A stretch of 64,000 bases of DNA from Actinomycetales bacterium (GTDB lineage Bacteria > Actinomycetota > Actinomycetes > Actinomycetales > Dermatophilaceae). The notes beneath the pieces are model-generated. The model saw only the letters and a list, made by a program, of their open reading frames with translations, ran no database searches and had not been told where the DNA came from. The stretch is from positions 1,998 to 65,997 of the forward strand of contig PDRO01000008.1 in NCBI GenBank assembly GCA_002748155.1. Reading direction: 5' to 3'. Of this stretch, positions 1 through 10,892 are shown one piece after another. Numbering within the stretch: the first letter of the stretch is position 1; every line of letters begins with the position of its first letter. The position numbers were made by a program, and so were the translations under genes.

Positions 1-1
1 A

Positions 2-550
2 GTGCGGGAGATGCGCGGCATCGTCGCTTACCACATGGGGGACTGGGCCGGCGCTCTCGGCGAGTTCCGCACGGCCCGACGGCTCTCCGGATCGCATCAT
101 GTCCTTCCATTCATCGTCGATTGTGAGCGCGCTCTCGGCCGTCCCGAACGGGCGCTCGAGCTCGCGGGTTCTCCCGAAGCGGAGTCTTTGGATGTGGCGG
201 AACGGGTCGAACTGGCCATCGTCGTTTCCGGGATCCGCCGAGACCTGGGAGAGCTGCAAGCAGCCGCAGCTGGGCTCGAAATGCCCGAATTGGTTCGCCC
301 GGCACGTGCCCCGTGGGCTGCACGACTCCGATATGCCTATGCAGAGATCAAACTTGCCCAGGGTGATCCGGAGTCGGCGCGCACCTGGTTTCGCCGGGCC
401 GCCGACGCTGACGAAAACCTCGCTACCGATGCGGTCGAGCGGATCGAGGAACTCGACGGGGTCAGCTACTCCGACTTGCTTGATGATCTCGAGGATCTCG
501 ATGAAGCCGATGAGTCCGGCGACCTCGACGGGCGCGCCGGGTCCACATGA
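2..550 (+). CDS. TPR-like helical repeat protein, 5' end cut by the window edge
   Basis: The ORF runs from the window edge. It has Ala/Leu/Arg-rich helical repeats (e.g. GDWAGALGEFRTARRL, AYAEIKLAQGDPESARTWFRRA) and an acidic tail. Its stop overlaps the next start (ATGA at 547-550). Its position upstream of the HAD hydrolase and tlyA matches mycobacterial synteny. Confidence 0.6.
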   Translation: MREMRGIVAYHMGDWAGALGEFRTARRLSGSHHVLPFIVDCERALGRPERALELAGSPEAESLDVAERVELAIVVSGIRRDLGELQAAAAGLEMPELVRPARAPWAARLRYAYAEIKLAQGDPESARTWFRRAADADENLATDAVERIEELDGVSYSDLLDDLEDLDEADESGDLDGRAGST

Positions 551-1626
551 CCACGCTCCTTGACCAGCATGTCGGTGTGGTGTGTGACCTCGATGGTGTC
601 GTCTACCGTGGGCCCGCGCCGATCCCGCACGCCGTGGCGTCGCTCGAGCGCGCACGCGAGCAGGCCAGTGTGGTTTTCGCGACGAACAACGCTTCCCGGA
701 CCATCGCCGATGTGTCGAACCAACTCCGGAGCCTGGGCATCGACGACCCACAGGTGATCACGAGTGCCGGGGCCGGAGCGGCCCTGATCGTCGAGCAGCT
801 TGGTCCTGAGGCGACAGTCCTGCCGGTTGGGGGCGAAGGCTTGGTCGAAGCGTTGACCCGGGTAGGACTTGTGCTGGTCCGGGACGCAAGTCAGAACCCG
901 GCGGCCGTGTTGCAGGGCTGGGCCCCACACGTGTCCCAGGCTGATCTGGCGCAGGCCACGATCGCGGTCAGTGGCGGCGCCTTCTGGGTGGCCACGAATA
1001 CGGACCTGGCCGTGCCGACCCCGGCAGGCCTGGTTCCCGGCAACGGACCATTGGTCGCTGCCGTGGCTGCGGTGACCGGTGTGGACCCGATGGTTGCCGG
1101 CAAGCCCCACCCGCCGCTGTTCCGATCCGCTGTCGCCCAGATCGGTTCCCAACGATCGGAAGTCGGGGCCGACACCGTGCTGGGGATCGGTGACCGGCTC
1201 GACACCGACGTCCTCGGCGCCACCGGAGCAGGACTACCCGCCTTGTGGGTGCTCACCGGAGTCGACCGGTTCGTCCAGCTGGCCGGGCATACCGCCACTC
1301 CAACGTATGCCGCCCCGGACTTGAACGCGTTGCATCGGCCGTATCCTGCTGTCAGCCGGCGCGACACAACGTGGGCCAGCGGCCCGATCTCCGTGACAGT
1401 AGGCGCACCGGGCGATCGGCTGACAGTCTGCGGGATGTCAGAACTGCCGGACGATCAGGCACTGGCCACGCTGGTGGCGATCGCTGCGCGGATCGTCTGC
1501 GGCATTCGCGATCTCGGTGACTCCGAGCTGGCCGGCAGGCTCGCCAGCGAGTTCGACGCGATCGTGGACGGATTCGCGTCTGCTGACCAGGACGACTCAG
1601 CGTCGCAGAGCAGTAGCGTGTCCTGA
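547..1626 (+). CDS. HAD-superfamily hydrolase/phosphatase
   Basis: The N-terminal motif VVCDLDGVVY is HAD motif I (DxDG). A later GDRLDTD motif is also present. The ATGA overlap with the upstream gene and the conserved neighbourhood with tlyA/nadK/recN support the call. Confidence 0.8.
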   Translation: MTTLLDQHVGVVCDLDGVVYRGPAPIPHAVASLERAREQASVVFATNNASRTIADVSNQLRSLGIDDPQVITSAGAGAALIVEQLGPEATVLPVGGEGLVEALTRVGLVLVRDASQNPAAVLQGWAPHVSQADLAQATIAVSGGAFWVATNTDLAVPTPAGLVPGNGPLVAAVAAVTGVDPMVAGKPHPPLFRSAVAQIGSQRSEVGADTVLGIGDRLDTDVLGATGAGLPALWVLTGVDRFVQLAGHTATPTYAAPDLNALHRPYPAVSRRDTTWASGPISVTVGAPGDRLTVCGMSELPDDQALATLVAIAARIVCGIRDLGDSELAGRLASEFDAIVDGFASADQDDSASQSSSVS

Positions 1627-1644
1627 AAACAAGGAGGCTGGACG

Positions 1645-2562
1645 ATGGCAACAGAGAACATCCGTGACTACGTGCAGTGGGTGACCGGGGCGGGCGAAGC
1701 AACCCGGGCGCGTGCAGTTGAGGTTGCCCAGGGTCTGCTGGGGCTAGCCGGGCGAGCGACGCCAGCGGAGATGGCGACGCAAGCGAGTGCTCTGGCCGAC
1801 GACTTGCTATCGGCAGCGCGCGCCAATCGCGACATGATCACCGACGTGGTGCGCAGCGAAGTGGCATCGTTGCTGGAAACGTCGTCGAGCATCGTGAGAA
1901 GCCAGGAGTTCGATCGGGTGCGCGACAGACTGTCCCAGGTCACAGACGAGGTCGAGGGATTGCGACGGCAAGTCATGCAGCTGACCGGACTCGAGAGCAG
2001 CAGCTCCGACCAGCCCGCGCCGCCTCGCCCGATACGTGCAGCAACGACCGGCAGCGCAACGCGGCGGACTTCGACGCGGCCGGGGCCCGCTACGCGGCGT
2101 CGGGCGGTGGCGCCGGCTACTGGCGATCAGAACGCTGTTCCGCAGGCAGCCCCCGCAGGGACCACACCGACACAGACGACGGCGAAGAAGACGGCAACGA
2201 AGAAGACGACGGCGACTGAGGCTACGGCCAAGAAGACAGCGGCTACCAAGACCGCAGCCACGAAGTCGACTGCTAGGAAGTCGAGTGCTAGGAAGTCGAC
2301 CGCTAAGAAGCCAGCCACGGCTACCAAGACCGCAGCCACGAAGTCGACTGCTAGGAAGTCGAGTGCTAGGAAGTCGACCGCTAAGAAGCCAGCCACGGCT
2401 ACCAAGACCGCAGCTCCGAAGACGACTGCTAAGAAGCCGACCGCCAAGAAGACCGCAGCGACGAAGCCAGCGCCGGCTCCTGAGCCGGCAAAGATGACCC
2501 AGCCGACCGTAGCCCCTGAGCCGACAGTAGCCCCTGAGCCGACGAAGCCGTCGGACTCGTGA
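1645..2562 (+). CDS. Coiled-coil (phasin-like) protein with a long Lys/Ala/Thr-rich basic tail
   Basis: A strong RBS (aaggagg) lies 7 nt upstream of the ATG. The N-terminal ~110 aa look helical/coiled-coil. The C-terminal ~190 aa are low-complexity A/K/T/P repeats (TAKKTATKKT, ATKSTARKSSARKSTAKKPATATKTA x2, PTVAPE x2), similar to histone-H1/HupB-type tails. Confidence 0.75.
   Translation: MATENIRDYVQWVTGAGEATRARAVEVAQGLLGLAGRATPAEMATQASALADDLLSAARANRDMITDVVRSEVASLLETSSSIVRSQEFDRVRDRLSQVTDEVEGLRRQVMQLTGLESSSSDQPAPPRPIRAATTGSATRRTSTRPGPATRRRAVAPATGDQNAVPQAAPAGTTPTQTTAKKTATKKTTATEATAKKTAATKTAATKSTARKSSARKSTAKKPATATKTAATKSTARKSSARKSTAKKPATATKTAAPKTTAKKPTAKKTAATKPAPAPEPAKMTQPTVAPEPTVAPEPTKPSDS
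2241..2414. repeat. Perfect 78-bp tandem repeat (2 full copies plus ~18 bp of a third) inside the basic-tail CDS
   Basis: The string ggctaccaagaccgcagccacgaagtcgactgctaggaag... begins at 2241, 2319 and 2397, an exact 78-nt period. Each unit encodes 26 aa in frame. Confidence 0.9.
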
Positions 2563-2807
2563 GTTCTCCAGGCGAGCGGGAGCCGGGGCCGGTGACTGAG
2601 CCGCTGCCCAGCGACGTCGTCTCCGGCGTAGCGACCCAGCCGCCCCGGACCGGGGTGTCCCCGGTCGATGATGCGGTCGCGCACTTCGTTGCCCGGCTGC
2701 CCGGCACCCTCGACGACCAGATCGAGGCCGCCACCGCACTCGATCATCAGCTGCGGACTCAGCTGGCCGATCTGGACGCGGACCGCACCGAGCCTCCCGG
2801 TCGCTAG
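2559..2807 (+). CDS. Small conserved-position hypothetical protein (82 aa)
   Basis: The GTG start overlaps the stop of the upstream gene (GTGA). It fills the gap before tlyA, where mycobacteria also carry a small ORF. I recognise no motif. Confidence 0.45.
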   Translation: MSSPGEREPGPVTEPLPSDVVSGVATQPPRTGVSPVDDAVAHFVARLPGTLDDQIEAATALDHQLRTQLADLDADRTEPPGR

Positions 2808-2824
2808 CTGCACTCGGGCACACG

Positions 2825-3643
2825 GTGAACACCGGCGGCCGGGCGCGGCTCGACGTGGAATTGGTATGCCGTGAGCTGGTCCGATCACGCGCGCAGGCCC
2901 GGGCGGTCATCGCTGCCGGACGTGTCCGAGTTGACGGCCGAACGCGGAGCAAACCGTCCACTCCGATAGCTCCGGACTCGGTCATCGAGGTCATCGACGC
3001 GGGACAGCAGGTCTGGGTCGGGCGGGCGGCATACAAGCTGGCAGCCGCGATCGAACAGTTCGGCCCCGAGGGGCTCGACGTCCGGGAGCGTACCTGCCTC
3101 GACGTGGGAGCCAGCACCGGCGGCTTCACCCAGGTCCTGCTCCACCACGGAGCCCGACACGTGGTTGCCCTGGATGTCGGACACGACCAACTGGCCGCCA
3201 CGGTTTCGGCCGATCCGAGGGTCACCGAACGGTCCGGAGTCAACATCCGGGATGTCGGTCCCACCGATCTCGGCGGGCCCTTCGACGTGGTCGTCGTCGA
3301 TGTCAGCTTCATCTCGCTGTGCCTGATCGTCGGCCCCCTGCGAGAGCAGCTCGCCACCGGTGGTGACCTCGTCGTGTTGGTCAAACCGCAGTTCGAGGTC
3401 GGGCGGGCCCGACTCGGTAAGGGCGGGATCGTCCGCGCCCGCCGGGACCGGCTCGATGCGCTCCGCAGCGTGCTCGACGCGGCCGGTGTGGCAGGCTTCG
3501 ACGTGCTCGATCTGATGCCGAGCCCGATCCGGGGCGCCGCCGGGAATCTCGAGTATCTAGTCTGGTTGACGACGAGCCCGGCCGTCCGGCCCGGAGCAGC
3601 TGACCTGGAAAGGCTGATCGACCAGATGGAACCGCCGCTATGA
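2825..3643 (+). CDS. tlyA: 16S/23S rRNA (cytidine-2'-O)-methyltransferase TlyA
   Basis: There is an N-terminal S4-like RNA-binding segment (RLDVELVCRELVRSRAQARAVIAAGRVRVDG). An FtsJ-type SAM motif follows (CLDVGASTGGFTQVLL). The tlyA-nadK-recN synteny also fits. Confidence 0.85.
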   Translation: MNTGGRARLDVELVCRELVRSRAQARAVIAAGRVRVDGRTRSKPSTPIAPDSVIEVIDAGQQVWVGRAAYKLAAAIEQFGPEGLDVRERTCLDVGASTGGFTQVLLHHGARHVVALDVGHDQLAATVSADPRVTERSGVNIRDVGPTDLGGPFDVVVVDVSFISLCLIVGPLREQLATGGDLVVLVKPQFEVGRARLGKGGIVRARRDRLDALRSVLDAAGVAGFDVLDLMPSPIRGAAGNLEYLVWLTTSPAVRPGAADLERLIDQMEPPL

Positions 3644-4668
3644 GCCGACAGACTCAGCGTCGGGTGCTGCTCCTGGCCCATCCGAGTCGCCCCGACATGG
3701 CCGAGTTCATCCGTGATGTGGCCGAACGTCTCGCAGCAGCTGGGGTGAGCCCACGGTTACCGGCATCCGATGCGGCAGAGCTCCAGCAACAGAGACAGGG
3801 GCAGGGAGAGGCACAGAGACAGAGACAGGGACACGGACTCGGGCCGGTCCACATCGTCGACGACGCCGGTGCCGGTGACGGTTGTGAACTGGTCCTGGTC
3901 CTCGGGGGCGACGGCACTATCCTGCGCGGCGCCGAGGCAGCCCGCGGGACGGATACTCCACTGCTTGGGATCAACCTCGGCAAAGTGGGTTTCTTGGCCG
4001 AGGCCGAGCGAGCTGACCTACCCAGGACGATCGAGGCGATCGTGGCTCGTGACTACCAGGTCGAAGAGCGGATGACGCTCGATGTCACGGTGAGCCACGG
4101 TGGTCGGGTCGACGCGCGCACCTGGGCGCTCAACGAGGTGAGCATCGAGAAGGCGGCGCGCGAGCGGATGCTGGAGGTGGCCGTCGAAGTGGACGGCCGG
4201 CCCCTGTCTACATGGGCCTGCGACGGAGTCATCGTTGCCACGCCGACCGGCTCCACGGCATACGCATTCTCGGCCGGCGGCCCGGTCGTCTGGCCGGACG
4301 TCGAAGCCATCTTGCTCGTGCCCAATTCTGCGCATGCGCTGTTCGCTCGTCCCGTCGTGGTCGGCCCCGGTTCGCACCTCGCCGTCGAAGTGATCCGCGA
4401 CGCCGAAGGTGCGGGGGTCGTCTGGTGCGACGGACGTCGGCAATTCCACCTCACGCCGGGTGCCCGGATTGACGTATGCCGATCGCCCCGGCCGATGCGG
4501 CTGGCTCGGCTCACCGACTCGCCGTTCACCGATCGACTGGTCACCAAGTTTGACCTGCAGGTCGCCGGCTGGCGGGGCAACGACTCGACGGCGAGATCAC
4601 CATCGGGGCAGGCCGGTGCAGCGAAAGGGGGATGGGGAAACGGGCCGACACCGGCGCCGCACCCCTGA
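3640..4668 (+). CDS. nadK: NAD+ kinase
   Basis: The GGDGT motif (VLGGDGTILR) and the NE..IEK and TPTGSTAY motifs are present. The start overlaps the tlyA stop (ATGA). Confidence 0.9.
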   Translation: MSRQTQRRVLLLAHPSRPDMAEFIRDVAERLAAAGVSPRLPASDAAELQQQRQGQGEAQRQRQGHGLGPVHIVDDAGAGDGCELVLVLGGDGTILRGAEAARGTDTPLLGINLGKVGFLAEAERADLPRTIEAIVARDYQVEERMTLDVTVSHGGRVDARTWALNEVSIEKAARERMLEVAVEVDGRPLSTWACDGVIVATPTGSTAYAFSAGGPVVWPDVEAILLVPNSAHALFARPVVVGPGSHLAVEVIRDAEGAGVVWCDGRRQFHLTPGARIDVCRSPRPMRLARLTDSPFTDRLVTKFDLQVAGWRGNDSTARSPSGQAGAAKGGWGNGPTPAPHP

Positions 4669-4674
4669 CCATCG

Positions 4675-6450
4675 GTGCTGACTCAGCTGCGGATCACCGG
4701 CCTAGGCGTCATCGACGACGCCCGCCTTCAGCTGCATCCCGGCCTGACCGTGCTGACCGGCGAGACCGGGGCCGGTAAGACGATGGTCGTGCAAGGCTTG
4801 GGTCTGCTGCTCGGTGCACGTGCCGACTCCAGCCTGGTCCGGACCGGTCACCAGGCCACGGCCGTCGAGGGGATTCTCACCCTGGCCGACGGTCACCCGG
4901 CCCGAGAGCGAGCCGTCGATGCCGGTGGCCAGCTCGACGACGACGAACTGGTGCTGGTGCGCACCGTCTCGGCCGAAGGACGCTCTCGTGCACACGTCGG
5001 CGGCCGGGCCGCGCCGATCGGTGCCCTCGCCGAGCTCGGTCAGCTGCTGGTCGCGGTGCACGGCCAGGCCGACCAGTGGCGGCTGCGCCACGCCGAAGAA
5101 CACCGAGACCTGCTGGATACCTATGGCGGCCCCGACCTCACCGCCCGGCGGGCCGCCTTCGAGCGGGCGTATGCCGCGCTGCGCGAGGCACGCATGGAGC
5201 ACGACCGGTTGACGGCATTGGAGCGGGATCGGACACGCGAGACCGATCTGCTGACCGCCGGCCTGGAACACATCGAGAGCATCGGCCCGGAGCCGAACGA
5301 AGACATGACGCTTCGTGCTGAGGACGAGCGTCTGGCACACGCGGAGGGACTGCGACAGGCAGCGCTGCACGCCCAGGCCCTGGTTGCCGGCCCGGACGAT
5401 CCCGGCGTCACCGAGGGGGCCGGCATGGTCGAGCTGTGTGCCCGAGCGCGTGACCTGCTCGGATCGCAGTCCCGCCACGACCCGCGGCTCGGCGAACTGG
5501 AGACCCGAGCCACGGAGACCGGCTATCTGTTGGCTGATCTGGGTGCCGACTTGGCCCGGTATCTCGCCGACCTCGACGTCGATCCGGCTCGGCTGGCCTG
5601 GGTGCAGCAGCGGCGTGCCGACCTGGCCACGTTGACTCGACGCTACGGCGCCACCATCGACGATGTGCTTGCCTGGTCGCAGCAGGCCGCTGACCGGCTC
5701 ACCGAGCTGGCCCACGTGGACGACCGGCTAGGTCAGCTCGACCAGCAGTTGGACCAACTCCAGGCCCACGTGGACACCGCGGCCACAGCCCTCACCGCGG
5801 CCCGGCGCGCCGCCGCCGGCCGATTCGAGACCGCCGTGACCGAAGAGCTGTCCCACTTGGCCATGGGACGATCCCGGCTGCAAGTCAATGTCACCCCGGG
5901 TGGTCTCGGGCCGACCGGTGCCGACGATGTCGAGATCCGGTTGGCCGCCAACGCCGGTGATCCGCCTCGCTCGCTGGCCCGTGCGGCCAGCGGTGGCGAG
6001 CTGTCCCGGGTGATGCTGGCCATCGAGGTCGTCAGCGCGACAGCCGACGTCGATCCAGCCGCACCACGGTCGTCGACGCCACTGCCGACCTTCGTCTTCG
6101 ACGAGGTCGACGCAGGCGTCGGCGGAGCCGCTGCCCTCGACGTGGGGGCGCGGCTGGCCGCCCTGGCCCGGCATACTCAAGTGGTCGTCGTCACTCACCT
6201 GGCCCAGGTGGCCGCCTACGCGGACCGGCACCTCGTGGTGCGCAAGACCGACTTCGAGACTGCGGAATCAATCACCGAGAGCTCGGTCGTCGAAGTGGCC
6301 GGAGAAGCCCGCCTGCAAGAGTTGGCCAGGATGATGGGCGGTGACGACAGCAGGGCGGGGCGGGCGCACGCCGTGGCCCTGCTCGAGCAAGTCTCGGGAG
6401 GCGACGGGGCCGATGGCACCCGCACGTCACCGAGTGCTGCCCGGACATGA
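4675..6450 (+). CDS. recN: DNA repair protein RecN
   Basis: Walker A is [10 protein letters not shown] long central coiled coil is present. The C-terminal signature/Walker B region is [14 protein letters not shown]...[12 protein letters not shown]. Confidence 0.9.
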   Translation: MLTQLRITGLGVIDDARLQLHPGLTVLTGETGAGKTMVVQGLGLLLGARADSSLVRTGHQATAVEGILTLADGHPARERAVDAGGQLDDDELVLVRTVSAEGRSRAHVGGRAAPIGALAELGQLLVAVHGQADQWRLRHAEEHRDLLDTYGGPDLTARRAAFERAYAALREARMEHDRLTALERDRTRETDLLTAGLEHIESIGPEPNEDMTLRAEDERLAHAEGLRQAALHAQALVAGPDDPGVTEGAGMVELCARARDLLGSQSRHDPRLGELETRATETGYLLADLGADLARYLADLDVDPARLAWVQQRRADLATLTRRYGATIDDVLAWSQQAADRLTELAHVDDRLGQLDQQLDQLQAHVDTAATALTAARRAAAGRFETAVTEELSHLAMGRSRLQVNVTPGGLGPTGADDVEIRLAANAGDPPRSLARAASGGELSRVMLAIEVVSATADVDPAAPRSSTPLPTFVFDEVDAGVGGAAALDVGARLAALARHTQVVVVTHLAQVAAYADRHLVVRKTDFETAESITESSVVEVAGEARLQELARMMGGDDSRAGRAHAVALLEQVSGGDGADGTRTSPSAART

Positions 6451-6466
6451 CATAGACTGGCCGTCC

Positions 6467-8170
<1,704 letters not shown>

Positions 8171-8181
8171 GGCGTGCCCGG

Positions 8182-8853
8182 ATGACTCTGGCCGCACCCC
8201 GGGGCACTATCGCGGACCTGATCGACGAGCGCGACCCGATGCCGGTGATCGATTCGGAGATCACCTTCCACGGGCTGGTCTTCGACGTGCGCCGTGACCA
8301 GGTCGACCTCGGTGACGCGGGGCAGGTGACCCGCGAATACCTCGACCACCCCGGTGCGGTTGTCGTGCTCGCCTGGCACGAGTTCGACGGCGTGCCGCAT
8401 CTGCTGCTCGTGCATCAGTATCGACATGCCACGGGAACGCGGTTGTGGGAGTTGCCGGCCGGTCTGCTCGACGTGCCGGGGGAGCCGCCGTGGCGCGCCG
8501 CCGCCCGGGAATTGGCCGAAGAGGGCGATCTCGTGGCAACGACGTGGCACGTGCTGTCCGACGACGTGGCATCGCCGGGCATCCTGCCCGAGTGGCGTCG
8601 GGTGTTCTTGGCTCGTGACCTGGGTGACCTGCCTGAGGACGAACGGCATACTCGTGAAGGCGAAGAACACGACCTACGCCCACTCTGGGTGCCGTTCGAC
8701 GACGCTGTCGAGGCAGTCATCACCGGTCGGCTACACAACGCCTCGACGGTCGCCGGGATCCTGGCCGCCGACGCGCACCGGCGGCGCCACTGGGTCCACC
8801 TGCGACCGTTCGATGCGCCCTGGCCGGAGCACCCGGCATACCTAGAGACCTAA
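8182..8853 (+). CDS. NUDIX hydrolase (ADP-ribose pyrophosphatase-like)
   Basis: The Nudix box GLLDVPGEPPWRAAARELAEEGD fits GX5EX7REUXEEXGU. The position after pyrG matches mycobacteria. Confidence 0.8.
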   Translation: MTLAAPRGTIADLIDERDPMPVIDSEITFHGLVFDVRRDQVDLGDAGQVTREYLDHPGAVVVLAWHEFDGVPHLLLVHQYRHATGTRLWELPAGLLDVPGEPPWRAAARELAEEGDLVATTWHVLSDDVASPGILPEWRRVFLARDLGDLPEDERHTREGEEHDLRPLWVPFDDAVEAVITGRLHNASTVAGILAADAHRRRHWVHLRPFDAPWPEHPAYLET

Positions 8854-8913
8854 CGGCGCGCGGCGCTCTAGGATTGGCCGCACCGCCGTCTCCACACGCC
8901 CGAAGGATTGATC

Positions 8914-10731
8914 GTGCTCCGCACCCACCAGGCCGGCACGCTCCGCGCCACCGACGTCACGACCCCACCCCTGATGGTCACGCTGACCGGGTGGGTCGAC
9001 TCGCGCCGCGACCACGGCGGAGTCGCCTTCATCGACCTGCGTGATGCCAGCGGGATCGTCCAGGTGGTCGCCCGTGACGAGGTGCTCACCGGCGGCGGCC
9101 ACGACCTGCGCAACGAATACTGCCTCAGGGTGACCGGCGAGGTCGTGCCTCGTGCGGAACACAACGTCAACCCCGACCTCCCGACCGGCCAGATCGAGGT
9201 CGTCGCCACCGAGATCGAGGTGCTCAACACGGCCGCGCCGTTGCCGTTCCAGATCGACGAGCGAGTCACGGTCGGCGAGGAAGTGCGGCTCAAGCACCGC
9301 TATCTCGACCTACGCCGCCCCGCCCCGGCGGCAGCAATCCGGTTGCGCTCCAAGGTCAATGCCGCCGCCCGCGCGGTGCTCGACCGGCACGACTTCGTCG
9401 AGATCGAGACACCCACGATGACCCGCTCGACCCCGGAAGGGGCCCGGGACTTCATCGTGCCGGCCCGGCTCGCGCCCGGCTCGTGGTATGCCTTGCCGCA
9501 GAGCCCGCAGCTGTTCAAGCAGCTGCTCATGGTTGCCGGGATGGAGCGCTACTACCAGATCGCGCGGTGCTATCGGGACGAGGACTTCCGGGCGGACCGG
9601 CAGCCCGAATTCACCCAACTCGACATCGAGATGAGTTTCGTCGAGCAGGACGACGTGCTCGCGCTCAGCGAAGAGATCGTCGTCGCGTTGTGGCGCCTTA
9701 TCGGTCACGACATCGAGACGCCGCTGCCGCGGCTGACGTATGCCGAGGCGCTGGCCCGGTTCGGCACCGACAAGCCGGACACCCGGTTCGGCCAGGAACT
9801 GACCGACTGCACGGCGTACTTCTCGGGCACCGGTTTCCGGGTTTTCCAAGCCGAATACGTCGGGGCGGTTGTCATGCCCGGCGGGGCCGACCAACCGCGC
9901 AAGACCCTCGACGCGTGGCAGGACTTCGCCAAACAGCGTGGCGCCAAGGGCCTGGCCTACGTGCTGGTCCAGCCCGACGGCACCCTGACCGGACCGGTGG
10001 CGAAGAACCTCTCCGAGACCGAGCTGGCCGGGTTGGCCGAGCAGGTCGGTGCGGTGCCGGGAGACTGCATCTTCTTCTCGGCGGGCGCGGCCAAAGCCTC
10101 CCGCGCGTTGCTCGGCGCGGTGCGGCTGGAGATCGCGCGGCGATGTGAGTTGATCCCGGAGGGCTCGTGGAGTCTGCTCTGGGTGCTCGATGCACCGTTG
10201 TTCGAGCCGGCCGGTGAAGCGGTGGCCGCCGGCGATGTGGCTGTCGGCTCGGGCGCGTGGACCGCGCTGCATCACGCCTTCACCTCTCCCAAGGCCGACT
10301 ACCTGGACACCTTCGACACCGACCCCGGCTCGGCTTTGGCCTACGCCTACGACCTGGTCTGCAACGGCAACGAGATCGGCGGGGGTTCGATCCGGATCCA
10401 CCGGCGTGACGTGCAAGAGCGGGTCTTCCGGGTGATGGGCCTGTCCGAGCAGGAGGCAACCGAGAAGTTCCACTTCTTGCTCGACGCCTTCCAGTACGGT
10501 GCGCCGCCGCACGGCGGGATCGCCTTCGGATGGGACCGGATCGTCGCCTTACTCGCCGGCGCCGAGTCGATCCGTGAGGTGATCGCCTTCCCGAAGAGCG
10601 GCGGTGGCTACGATCCGCTCACCGGGGCGCCGGCGCCCATCACCGCGCAGCAGCGCAAAGAGGCCGGGGTTGACGCTCGCCCCCCGGCGGCGCCAGCCGC
10701 CGGTTCCGGCCCGGCTCCGGCGACCGGGTAA
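8914..10731 (+). CDS. aspS: Aspartate--tRNA ligase (probably non-discriminating type)
   Basis: Class IIb motifs are present: [52 protein letters not shown]. The GTG at 8914, 6 nt after gaagga, is preferred over the TTG at 8908. Confidence 0.9.
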   Translation: MLRTHQAGTLRATDVTTPPLMVTLTGWVDSRRDHGGVAFIDLRDASGIVQVVARDEVLTGGGHDLRNEYCLRVTGEVVPRAEHNVNPDLPTGQIEVVATEIEVLNTAAPLPFQIDERVTVGEEVRLKHRYLDLRRPAPAAAIRLRSKVNAAARAVLDRHDFVEIETPTMTRSTPEGARDFIVPARLAPGSWYALPQSPQLFKQLLMVAGMERYYQIARCYRDEDFRADRQPEFTQLDIEMSFVEQDDVLALSEEIVVALWRLIGHDIETPLPRLTYAEALARFGTDKPDTRFGQELTDCTAYFSGTGFRVFQAEYVGAVVMPGGADQPRKTLDAWQDFAKQRGAKGLAYVLVQPDGTLTGPVAKNLSETELAGLAEQVGAVPGDCIFFSAGAAKASRALLGAVRLEIARRCELIPEGSWSLLWVLDAPLFEPAGEAVAAGDVAVGSGAWTALHHAFTSPKADYLDTFDTDPGSALAYAYDLVCNGNEIGGGSIRIHRRDVQERVFRVMGLSEQEATEKFHFLLDAFQYGAPPHGGIAFGWDRIVALLAGAESIREVIAFPKSGGGYDPLTGAPAPITAQQRKEAGVDARPPAAPAAGSGPAPATG

Positions 10732-10892
10732 CCCATCGGGTTGGCACCGTCGGCGGGGGTGTCGGCAACGGCATCCTCGCGTGCACGAGTGCATAGCCGT
10801 GCACGAGTGCACAATCGTGCGGCGAGTCAACCTCGGATCCGCCGTTGTTGCGGGAAATGTGCACAGGCAAGCGCTTTCTCGCCGGGTTTGCG

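Noticed and set aside
1807-3681. 624-aa minus-strand ORF spanning the basic-tail gene, the small ORF and tlyA
   Set aside because: It is antisense to three well-supported plus-strand genes. Its extremely Arg/Pro/Ser/Gly-rich composition is typical of spurious open frames in ~70 % G+C DNA. It has no RBS or recognisable motif.
3784-3836. Purine-rich microsatellite-like tract (cagagacag... ) encoding QQQRQGQGEAQRQRQGHG inside nadK
   Set aside because: It is in frame and lies in the variable N-terminal region before the catalytic GGDGT motif. It is most simply a tolerated low-complexity insertion. It may vary in length between strains but shows no sign of separate function.
6341-6466. N-terminal extension of the pyrG ORF overlapping the recN 3' end
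   Set aside because: CTP synthase homology starts at [12 protein letters not shown] at 6467 lies just after the recN stop, and the extension has no homology-like features.
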